From Lama glama (Eukaryota): 64,000 bases of DNA. A program made the translations under genes and the position numbers. Positions 47,801 to 59,800 of this stretch are shown in pieces. The stretch covers positions 23,746,001 to 23,810,000 of the forward strand of contig CM052831.1 in NCBI GenBank assembly GCA_028534125.1, read 5' to 3'. The stretch's first letter is position 1. The number at the start of each line of letters is the position of its first letter. Below the pieces are notes generated by a model. That model was not told the DNA's origin. It ran no database searches and saw only the letters and a list, made by a program, of their open reading frames with translations.

Positions 47801-50800
47801 CTGTGCTGCTGAAGGTGAGAGTCTAGCTTAGATTATCAACAGTCACTGGAGGCTTGTGTCAGGGACAGCATGATTGGGTGTCCCACAGGGGCACTGAATT
47901 GAGGATTTGGGATCAGAGTCCAGGATTTGTAAGGAGATTGCATATCAGGGTTCTCAAACCAAGTGGCTGGCTCTGCAGGACTTGAGGCTGAGGTGCTTTG
48001 CCATGGGTCTCATCCCCTGCTGGCTGTGTTCATAGGGGGTATGGCTCGGCTCCACACCTTCAGGGACTCCGGCCCTGCTTCCCCCAAGTCACCGAGTGAA
48101 CGTGGAACCTGGCTGCGTTGTGACCAATGCCTGTGCTTCTGGGCCCTGCCCACCCCACGCTGACTGCCGAGACCTCTGGCAGACCTTTTCCTGTACCTGC
48201 TGGCCAGGTGAGACCTGGGGGAGGGAGGCAGGGTGATCTGGGGCTCTTGGTGAAGACTGGGGAACCTGGAGAGCATGGAGGAGGCAGGGACTGAGAAGGA
48301 CAGGTACCTGCTTCCCCCCATGCTCTGTGGCCAGTGTCCTAAGTTCTCTGACCTAACCTGCAGGTTACTATGGCCCAGGCTGTGTGGACGCCTGCCTCCT
48401 GAACCCCTGTCAGAACCAGGGGTCATGCCGGCACCTCCCCGGGGCCCCCCATGGCTATATCTGTGACTGTGTAGGTGGCTATTTTGGGCACCACTGTGAG
48501 CACAGGTAAGGGGCTGGGGGTCGAAATGATGGAAGGAGCTGGTGGTGGGGAGAGAGAGGATCACTGTACTATCGTGGAGGCATCTCACCTGCCTGTCTGC
48601 CCCAGGATGGACCAGCAGTGCCCACGGGGCTGGTGGGGGAGTCCAACGTGTGGACCCTGCAACTGCGATGTTCACAAGGGCTTTGACCCCAACTGTAACA
48701 AGACCAATGGGCAGTGTCACTGCAAGGTGTGCCTGGCTCTTGAGTCCTGACCTTTTAACTCTTCCCTAGACATGATTTTTGATGCTTATCAAGCTTGCTG
48801 ACCTCTGCCACCTCACTCAGCCCCTGACCTTTTACCCCTATCCCATGACCTAATGGCCACATTTTATCCTTGACATCTAACCCCTCCCTTAGGTTTCATT
48901 TGAGGCCAGTCTTCCTACTGGCCTGTGAGCACTGTTCTCCTGACCCTTTGCCCTTGATTCCACTCATTCCCCAAGTCCTGAGCTGAGACCCCCTACCTTA
49001 AGCCCTGACCTCTGACCTTAGGCCCCTGACCCATTCTCAAACAGGAGTTCCACTACCGACCACGGGGCAGTGACTCGTGCCTCCCATGTGACTGCTACCC
49101 TGTGGGCTCCACCTCGCGCTCATGTGCACCCCACAGTGGGCAGTGCCCCTGTCGCCCAGGAGCCCTTGGCCGCCAGTGCAACAGCTGCGACAGTCCTTTT
49201 GCCGAGGTGACAGCCAGCGGCTGCCGGGGTGAGCAGGCTCCACCCAGCCCCACATATAGAGAGCTGGCTCTGGCCCGCTGCCACCAAGCGGGCCAGAGCC
49301 ATGGCATGCTTGGCTCCTTGGGTGGGGACTCTAAGAAGCTTCTCTGAGAGAGCCTTACTTACACCCAGGCACTCCCATATCTACCCTGAGTATTTGGATG
49401 ACCTGTCACAGAATCTGACGGGCCAGCTCCTGTGAGGCCAGCAGGGGAGTGGGGGGGTTGCTTGGCGGATGCAGGACAGTGGAAGTAGCTGTCACTTGCC
49501 CCAGCTCCTGGCTGCCTGGCTCAGTGCCTCCTCTCTCCCTAGTGCTCTATGATGCCTGCCCCAAGTCCCTGAGATCTGGTGTGTGGTGGCCCCAGACCAA
49601 GTTTGGTGTCTTGGCCTCAGTGCCCTGTCCTCGGGGGGCCCTGGGTGAGTACTAGGAGGCAAGTACATCACTGAGGGGGGTGCAGGCTTGTCCTCTGCCT
49701 GCTGGAGCCACCTCTTTTCCTGAGTTGGTCGGCCTTGTTCCTACAAAGAAGTGGGAGTTGGGTAGGGGTCCATGTGGGCCCCTCACTACCTCTTTGGGGC
49801 TCCGGGTCCCTCACCACACCCTCAATGAGCCTCCATCTGTTTCTCTTGGCTTCTGGGCAGGATTGCGGGGTGCAGGTAAGGGGTACGTGTTTGCTTAGGT
49901 GCGCTGCCCCCTCCCACTGCCAGAGCTTTTGCAGATCCCTCCTGTTGCCTGAAGTCCCTGCAGACCCCTCCCCACTGCCTGAGGTCTCTAAAAGCTACTC
50001 CCAGCTGCTTGAAGTCCCTGGAGAACCCTTCCTGTTATCTGAGGACTCTGGGGGCCCTCTGATGCCTCACATCCTCAGAGGCCCCTCCCCACTGCCTGAG
50101 GACCCTGAAGAGTACCCCCCCACATACTTCCTAAGGTCCTTGTAGACCCCTCCTCAGTTCCTGAGGTCCCTGCAGGCCTCTCCCTACTACCTGAGGGCAT
50201 GAAAGACACCCACCTTCTGTTTGAGGATCCCACTTCTCTCTGTTGCCTGAGGTCCCCACAGAATCCTTCCTGCTGCTTCAGGTCTCTGCAGTGGCCAGAC
50301 AGAGATTGTCTGTGAATGCATGCTCTTGTGTGTGTCTCTCTGTGCCTGTGCACGCATCTGTGAGTCTGTCTTTTGGGGAGGGGATTCTATGTAAGTCAGG
50401 GAGTTCTGCGTTTAAGTCAGACTTTACCAGTGTCCACAAGCTCTCTTAAGGCCCAGGTCACTTCTCATTCAACTCTCATTCCAATCGCAAAGACAAGGGA
50501 GAGAGATCAGCAAAGGCACCGCTGGGGCAATTAAAATGTGTGTGAGAGCTTCCACCCCCACATCATGTTGGTCACAAAATACATCTGGAAAACCTGGTCC
50601 ATGTCACTGTGTATATGTGTGTGTGTGTCAGAGAGAGAAAGAGAGAGAGAGAGCGAGTGAGAGAAAGAGAAAGAGAGCGAGCGAGCGAGCGAGAGCATGT
50701 GCCTGCAAGCATTGTAGGTCTGTGTGTTTGTCCTGGTCTGCACATCTGTTTATGTGTAGATGTGAGAGCATTGGTATGTGTGCTTGCCCTGGGCCACGGG

Positions 50801-53800
50801 TCTGTGCAGCTGTTCTGGCTTGTGCATATGTCTGTGCACGTGTGTACACATACAGCCCTGCTGATGTGTTCTTTATATCATGGTGGTTCAAAATGGTCCA
50901 CAGACCCCTCAGGAATTGACTGACAAGCCCCTGGGGCCCATCTGGGCTGAGGACTGGGGTGGTTCTGTCCAGGGATCCAGCCACAGATGCCTACTACCTG
51001 GTCTCTGCCTCAGAGCTCCCCTGGGATAGGGGAGGGTGCTGTGGTCACCTCATCAGCGGAGGTGTCCGGGCCCCGGGCCTGACGAGGGGTTGCCTGCTCT
51101 CAGGTACCGCCATGCGGCTATGTGATGAAGACCAGGGTTGGCTGGAACCCGACCTCTTCAACTGTACTTCCCCTGCCTTTCGAGAACTCAATCTGCTGGT
51201 GAGACTGCCCAGACCTTGCCCTGCACTGAAGACTGGCCTTGGCCCCGGACCTGGGGTTTTCCTGGTTGCCCTTTAATCTAACCAAACCCTTCTTGTTGTG
51301 AGGCTTTTGAGAAAGGCCTGAGTGACCACCTCCATCTTTGTCTTGGTAGCTGGATGGCCTGGAGCTGAACAAGACAGTCTTGGATACTGTGGAGGCCAAG
51401 AAGCTGGCTCAGAGGCTTCGGGAGGTAACCGGCCACACCGACCACTACTTCAGCCAAGATGTCCGAGTCACTGCCCGCCTGCTGGCCCATCTGTTAGCCT
51501 TTGAGAGCCACCAGCAGGGCTTCGGGCTGACAGCCACACAGGATGCCCATTTCAATGAGGTAGGGCTGCACCCTGGGCTCCCAATCCCCTGGCCCAGGCT
51601 CCCCTGCCCTGGATCCCCGACTCAGGCCCCTCCTGACCCTGGGGAGGTGAAGGCTCTGGGCTCTCTCTTCTGCTTTGTCCTCTCTAGGTCCACCCCCTTG
51701 CCTGCTGGGGTCCCTCTAGGCACCTGGCCAGACCCCTCAGGCCTGCCCTGTCCCCTCACCCTCCTGATCTGGCTGGGCCCCACTCTCCCCTCCCTCCTCC
51801 CAGAACCTGCTGTGGGCCGGCTCTGCACTGCTTGCTCCAGAGACCGGAGACTTGTGGGCGGCACTGGGGCAGCGGGCCCCTGGGGGCTCCCCAGGCAGCG
51901 CGGGGCTGGTGCAGCATCTGGAGGAGTATGCGGCCACGCTGGCAAGGAATATGGAACTCACATACCTGAATCCTGTGGGGCTGGTGACACCCAACATCAG
52001 TATGTGGAGGGTAGGGGGGTGGGACAGGCGGCTGTGTAAGGGCAAGGACTTGGAGGTCCGAGGGGCCGGGGGCTAGTGATGTCGACATTAGTGGTACAGG
52101 CTGTGCTGCCACCCTCAGCGCTTTGCAGGGACAGGCTCTGAGCTGGTAGCAGGAGGCTGTGGGCTGTGGGTGCAGGATAAGGGGTAGGAGGGAATGGGAC
52201 AGCACCGGGAAGAGACCCTTGACGGGTCTCACCCCTCTTCCTCCTGGGCAGTGCTCAGCATCGACCGCATGGAGCACCCCAGCCCCACCCGGGGGACCCG
52301 TCGCTACCCTCGTTACCACAGCAACCTTTTCCGGGGCCAGGATGCCTGGGATCCTCACACGCATGTGCTGCTGCCTTCCCAGGCCCCACGGCCATCCCCT
52401 GCTGAAGGTGAGAGCCCTTGGATGACCCCTGGGCCAGGTCCTGTTTCCCTGCCCTCCCCTAAGCCAGATACCACGTTGTCCTCCTGCCAATTCTCCCCTT
52501 GCCAGAACTCCCCCACATCAGACCCCCACTGTGTGAGACCCTCTCACACCAGCTCTCCATCCCACAACTTGCCACAGTACCTCTCACCTCTCCACATCTG
52601 CTCCGTCACCGTAGATGACCTCTCCCAGCCTTGATATTCGGGATCCAGCCCTGGGGGGCCCATGTGTCCTTCACGGGCTCCTGTCTCCTGCACCACCTAG
52701 TTCTGGGCCTGCAGGGAAGAGATTCCCATGCTTGATGCTGGGTTGGGTTCAGAGCTGGGTTTGTGGGTGCTCAGGGTCAGAGGTCACTGACAGTGGCTCC
52801 TGCCTGCCATCCCCCGGCAGTTCTGTCCACAAGTGGCAGCAGCACTGAAAACTCCACCACCTTGAGTGTGGCTCCGCCACCGTCCCCCCCGGAGCCTGAG
52901 CCCGAGCCTGGGATCTCCATCATCATCCTCCTGGTTTACCGCACCTTGGGGGGGCTGCTCCCTGCCCAGTTCCAGGCTGAGCGCCGGGGTGCCAGGTAGG
53001 AGTAGAGTTACTCCCGGGCCCCTCACCCCTGGACTTCTTATGAGCTTCTACCCAACTGAGCACCCCCATTTTGGGGGGACAAATGAGCAGTTTCACAGTC
53101 ATACAGAGACGCCTCTGCCCACAGCCCTGGGAGCTTTATCCATGCTGGGCTCCATGTAAATCATGTTCTGGGAAGTTGTGGAGAGTAGCAGACAGATGAG
53201 GAGCCACAGCTGGGGGTGGTCACATGAAGGAGTTTACAGGAGCCAAGTACAGGCAGGCGAACTGGCTGATAGAGACAGGCGAAGACAGGCTGACTGAGGG
53301 AGGTCAGCTGGGGGTGGCGGAGAGGGCAGTTTGAGGCAGTCTGGAACTTCTCAAGCTGCAGACCCCAGTGTGGAGAGTGGGTCCAAAGCCCCTCGGCTGC
53401 ATTTCTGCAGAACCAGGCCATGGACTCCCAGTCCTGAAGCAGCCTAGCAGAGGCCAAAGGGGTTCTCAGAAACAACATCCACTCTGGGGCATCCCAGACT
53501 CTGGGCCACGGCAGGTGGCGTGAAGACAGTAAGGTGGGTGGTCAGAGCAGGGGGAGGTCTGCAGTGTCCAAGCCCAGGTGGGGTGTCTCCTCAGGCTTCC
53601 CCAGAACCCTGTTATGAACTCCCCGGTGGTCAGCGTGGCTGTATTCCATGGACGCAGCTTCCTAAGGGGTGTCCTGGAGTCCCCGATCAGCCTTGAGTTC
53701 CGCCTGCTACAGACTGCGAATCGCAGCAAGGCCATCTGTGTGCAGTGGGACCCGCCTGGCCCGTGAGGACCTCCAATCTGGAAACCCTTGGTCCCCCTGG

Positions 53801-56800
53801 TAGCCCCCGGGAGGCCCAGCCTACCCCTGGGGCCCCCACCAACGCCCCTGTGTGCCCAGGCCCACAAGGAATGCTGCTCCCCAACTCCAGGCGCCCTCAG
53901 CCCCTCCCACTGTCTCTCAAACCCCGCCTGGCAATGGGGCATCCCCCAGAAGGGATGGTAAGTCTAACTGCCCTGTGGCTGCAGGGTGGACCGGCATGGC
54001 ACTTGGACAGCACGGGACTGCGAGCTGGTGCACAGGAATGGGTCCCACGCACGGTGTCGCTGCAGCCGGACGGGCACCTTTGGGATCCTCATGGATGCCT
54101 CCCCCCGCGAGGTGGGGCTATATTCATAGTCCTGAGGAAGTGGGAGGGTCAAAAGCAGGGGTGCCCAACACCCCAGCGACCATCCTATCCCCACAGCGGC
54201 TAGAGGGCGACCTGGAGCTGCTGGCTGTGTTCACCCACGTGGTCATATCGGTGTCTGTGGCCGCACTGTTGCTGACCGCAGCTGTCCTGCTGAGCCTGCG
54301 CAGCCTCAAGTCCAACATGCGTGGCATCCATGCCAATGTGGCTGCCGCCCTGGGGGTGGCAGAGCTCCTCTTCCTGCTGGGGATCCACAGAACCCAAAAC
54401 CAGGTGCCGGGTCAGGGCCAGGGGATCTGTGTCCTGATGACCTCACCAGGCCCTGGGAAGGCCTGGGCCAGAGTTCAGGGTCAGAGGTCAGGGATGCTCA
54501 GGCTGGGGCCCGGGTTTGGGGCAGGATGCTGGGGTAACCTGTGGTGGTTGAGGGGATAGAGGCGGGGCAGGGCAGGAAAGGTCCTGACGTCCCGCTACCC
54601 TGCCTCCAGCTGGTGTGCACCGCGGTCGCCATCCTCCTGCACTACTTCTTCCTCAGCACGTTCGCGTGGCTGCTTGTGCAGGGACTGCACCTCTACCGCA
54701 TGCAGGTCGAGCCACGCAATGTGGACCGCGGCGCCATGCGTTTCTACCATGCCCTGGGCTGGGGCGTCCCCGCTGTGCTGCTGGGTGAGGGCCTGTGACC
54801 CCCAACCGCCCTTCCTCAGTGGCCTGACCCCTGCCCCCCATCCTAATCATGACCCCATCCTCACTCCTCCGTGCCACCTGCTCAGGGAGGAGCCTGCCCT
54901 GCCCCTGCCCCCAGCTTCTCCCCATACATGAGTGGGTCAGCAACTCTAGAACATGCCCCATCCATCCTCTCCCTTCTCCCCCACAGGCCTGGCTGTCGGC
55001 TTGGATCCCGAAGGCTATGGGAACCCTGACTTCTGCTGGATCTCGGTCCATGAGCCCCTCATCTGGAGTTTTGCAGGCCCTGTCGTCATTGTCATCGTGG
55101 TGAGTGCCCTCACTCAGTGCCACCTGTGTGCTCCCCTTGGGGTGGGGACGGTGGCCCTGCAGCTGGTGTGGTGGTTTTAGCTGAGGGGCGCTAGTGGCCG
55201 TCCACAGGCTTCCTGGGCTCGGCCTCCATTTCTGTTCCTGTTTAACTGGCATAGAGATGGGAGGTGCGGGGCTCAGAGACTGCCTCGCCCCGCCACTGTC
55301 TCTCTCTTGTCTCCAACTCTCAGTCCCTCCCTGGTTACTCTCTGACTTCTTTTTTGATTCTAAGCTCCTCTACCTCTCTTTGTTTTTGATCTTTGTTTTG
55401 TGTGTGTGTGTCTGTTGGTATTTCTTACTCATTCTGCCTCTCTCTTTGAGTCTTAGCCTCTCTCTGTCTCTGTCTCTGTCTGTCTCTCACTATCTCTGTC
55501 TCTCTCTGCCTTGCCCCTGCTCCACATGTCTGGCCGTGGGTCCAGATGAATGGGACCATGTTTCTCCTCGCTGCCCGCACATCCTGCTCCACTGGGCAGA
55601 GGGAGGCCAAGAAGACCTCTGTGCTGTGAGTTGGCTGGCTGGGGGGAGTGGGGGATTCTCAGAACGGCAGCCTTCTCCTGAGTGGGGTCTGGGATTCCTG
55701 GAGCATCCCTGGTGCAGGCTGGGCTCCAGATTCTGGGCTGGGGCAAAGTCACACCTGCCCTGGCCAGCGGTCCCTCTCTGGTGCCCTTGCATTACTCTGG
55801 CTCCAGACACGCTTCCACCCTGCCATCTTCCCAGTCTCCCATGGCCTGGGTGGCTCACTTGGCCCCCTGTCCAATGTGTTCCACCTGCCTTCCATGTTTT
55901 CTCTCAGGCTCCAACCTCCTTCCTGTGTGTTTTCCCCATGTCCCCTCATGACTGCCTGAGTTCTCTCTGGTTCTTTCTGTGACCTCCAGTCTCCCTGAGT
56001 GTCCTCCCAAAACCTCCATGTTTCTGTGTGAATCCCTTTCCTTCCCTATCCCCTGGGTGTCCCCTATGTGACTCCTGTGTGTCCTCCTATGTCCCCCACG
56101 TGAGCCCTGTGTGACCCTCGCGTGTGCTGTGTCCTTTCATGTTCCTGCGGCAGGACACTTCGCAGCTCCTTTCTGCTCCTTCTGCTGGTCAGTGCCTCCT
56201 GGCTCTTCGGCCTCCTGGCGGTCAACCACAGTGTCCTGGCCTTCCACTACCTCCACGCTGGCCTCTCTGGGCTCCAGGTAACTCCAGCACCCCTCCTTCA
56301 CCCTGGACCAGAGGGGGCTTCAGCAGGGTGGGGCCTGGGGCCTTGACCCCAGATGGGATGACTGACACCAGGCTGATACTGATCCTGGATTGACTTTCAC
56401 CGGCACTAAGATCTCTGGCTGCTTGCTGGTCCACACTGACTTGCACTGACTCTGGTCACTCGGGCCACTCTGACCTCTCACTGCCTCTGCTGATTTAACT
56501 CCCTTATTGGGTTCTGCCTCAGGTTCATCACTGACTCACTCTGACCTGCAATGACTGATCCCCCTTGCTGACCCATGGTGACCTACCCTGGCCCTAACTG
56601 ACCCTGTGGTGGCCTGACCCTGTCCTCTGCCTCATTTCTGACCTCTCACTGACTCCACACTGGTCCTTGCTGACCCACAGGGCCTGGTGGTGCTGCTGCT
56701 GTTCTGTGTCGTGAATGCAGACACTCGAGCCGCCTGGACACCAGCCTGTCTGGGCAGGAAGGCAGAGCCCGAGGAGGCCAGGCCAGCGGCTGGGACGGTG

Positions 56801-59800
56801 AGGGGCTCCCAGAGCTGGGGAGTGAGGGTGGGGGCCCCGGGAAGCCAGGCTTTGAGGCTTTTCCAGGGCTGGCTCATGCTCCTGTCCCACCCACCTCCCC
56901 CAGGGGCCTGGGGCTTACAACAACACGGCTCTCTTCGAGGAAAGTGGCCTCATCCGCATCACTCTCGGTGCCTCCACCATCTCCTCAGTGAGCAGTGCCC
57001 GCTCCGGCCGGACCCAGGACCAAGACAGCCAGCGGGGCCACAGCTACCTCAGGTGAGGGGAGTGGCCTCCTCGCGAGGGGCGCACACAGCTCGGACCAGC
57101 CGCACTTTGCCAGGGGTTGGCATCACCACGTCCTTGGGGTGGCACCTCCCATCTCAGCCAGCTGGGCCTCTGCTACTGCCTCTGCCCCAGATGCTTCCTG
57201 CCACACACCCAGGGGTGCCTTCAGAGCCATTCCACACACAGCTGGCTGTGCACCTACAGACGTCCCTGCCTCCAGGGCACCCCATCACATCCCTCTTTGA
57301 TGGGGGGTTCTCCTGCATTTCCAGGGACAATGTCCTGGTTCGACATGGCTCAGCTGCTGACCACACTGACCACAGCGTCCAGGCTCACGCTGGCCCCACT
57401 GACCTGGACGTGGCCATGTTCCATCGAGATGCTGGTGGAGGTGGGAGCCTGGGCCAGGGAGGAGGGAGGCAGAGGATCTCCCTGATTCACCTTTCTTCTG
57501 CCCCAATCTGGGAGTATCTGCTGACTGTCCTGGGGAGATCTTTCCTGAAGTCACTGCCCCAGGAGGCATCTATCCCCCAGCCCTGGTTCTCCTGGCAAGT
57601 CCCAGCCTTCTGTTCCTACCCCAACTCCAAGCTCTCCCCAGTTCCCAGCCCCAGCCCCTTGTTTTTGCCTCCCACAAGCCCCCCAAGTCCCTTGCCTCCC
57701 TAGGCCACTGCTAGGCCTTCCTCCTGACCTTCCCAACTTCAGGTGCTGACTCCGACTCTGACAGTGACCTGTCCTTGGAGGAGGAGAGAAGTCTGTCTAT
57801 CCCATCCTCAGAAAGCGAGGACAACGGCCGGACACGGGGGCGTTTCCAGCGTCCTCTCCGCCGAGCAGCGCAGAGTGAGAGGCTCCTCACCCACCCCAAA
57901 GGTGATGGGGCCTTCTACCCAACAAGTGACCAAGAGATACCCCATATTACACTTGGGTGTAACCCAGGGACCCTGTTATCCCCTGCGGAGTCCTGGGACC
58001 AACCTACTGGGGACCCGGGGTCATCATTGGGCCCATACGTACCTCTCCCCATCCAGCCTCCCAGCAGAGTTCTGTTAGCCAAAGACCCAGGAATGGCCCA
58101 GGTAACAGAAGAATGAGGTCAGGGATTTTTATAGGGTGACATGTCATCCCTCCAGCTCATCCTCTTCCCTGAGGGCTGAGGTTCAGCCTGGTCTTCCCGA
58201 CCCCTCAGCCATCAGGTTCCCCCACCTCCAGTCTCTGTCCACCTCCAGTCAGGAGTAGGGGTGCTTATCAGTAACCCTCTCCCTAGATGGTTCCATTGAC
58301 CTCTGAGAGACACCTTCCTATTCCTACCTCTGCTCCATGAGAATAGCCCAGATTTCAGGAGTCTTTAGGGTTGGGGGTCACTGAGTCTGGGTCACAGGGG
58401 CCATGGTCACTGGAGTCAACCCAGAGGCTCCTGTAACCTGCCCTGGCTCCACAGATGTGGATGGCAATGACCTCCTGTCTTACTGGCCAGCCCTGGGGGA
58501 ATGCGAGGCTACTCCCTGTGCTCTGCAGACCTGGGGCTCCGAAAGGCGCCTGGGGCTGGATACCAGCAAGGACGCAGCCAACAACAACCAGCCGGACCTG
58601 GCCCTGACTAGTGGAGATGAAACCTCCCTGGGCCGGGCCCAGCGCCAGAGAAAAGGTGTGGATCCTTGACCTTGGCCTATACCCAGGGGACTGCCCATGC
58701 CCTGACTCAGGGAATTTCATTCTTCTACTCCAAATAGCTTCACAGGGATCCTGAGAACTTCTCTCGCTCTGATCTGGGAGGTTTCTGCACCTCTACTCTG
58801 CTTTATGGTCCCTGGGGACTGCCCCATCCTGACCTGGGAATTGCCTGCCCCCCCCCCCTGTACCCTAGCCAGCACCATGGAAACCCCAGTGGCCACTCCC
58901 GCCTCACCCCAGGGGATTCCTCCCCTTCCTCCAACCCCAGTCTGCTTTGTAAGGATCCTAGGAGCTGCTATGCCTCAGAACCCACAAATTCTGTTCTAAC
59001 CTGGAAATTTTCTGGCCCTCTACCCTGCTTTACAAGGATCCCAAGAGATTTTCCCTGTCTCAACTCAAGGGGTTTCTGCCTTCACCACTGCATCACAGAG
59101 ACTTCCCACCGAGGACTGTTCCTGCCCCAACCCTGGGAATTCCTGCCCCTTGGACCCTGGCCTGCATTACCAGGACCTGGGGGCTGCCCCTTCTCTGACC
59201 TTGGGGGGAGGTTTGCCCCTGCCCCTGTACCCTGAGGACTGCCCCTGTCCTGACCCAAGGGATTACTGCCTCCCCACTCTTACCCCTGTCCTGCAGCCTC
59301 TCTAGGATTCCCAGGAGCTACCTCTGCACCCTCTCCCTAAAGCGTTTCTGCCCCCAACCCTGTGTCACAGGGATTCCAGGGGCTGCTGCATTCCTAGACC
59401 CAGGGGGTTCCTGCTCCACCCTCCACCACGTACACACCCTGTCCTCTATTTGCTCCCCCTCTAGGCATCCTGAAGAACCGATTGCAGTACCCACTGGTGC
59501 CACAGACCCGGGGTGCCCCGGAATTGTCCTGGTGCCGTGCAGCCACCTTGGGCCACCGTGCTGTGCCGGCTGCCTCCTATGGTCGCATCTATGCTGGAGG
59601 GGGCACAGGCAGCCTTTCGCAGCCAGCCAGCCGCTACTCCTCTCGAGAACAGCTGGATCTGCTTCTTCGCCGGCAGCTGAGTCGTGAGCGACTGGAGGAG
59701 GCCCCTGCCCCTGTCCTGCGTCCCCTGAGTCGACCAGGTTCCCAGGAACACCTGGATGCTGTGCCAGGCCGCCTGGAGCCCAGGGATCGGGGCAGCACCC

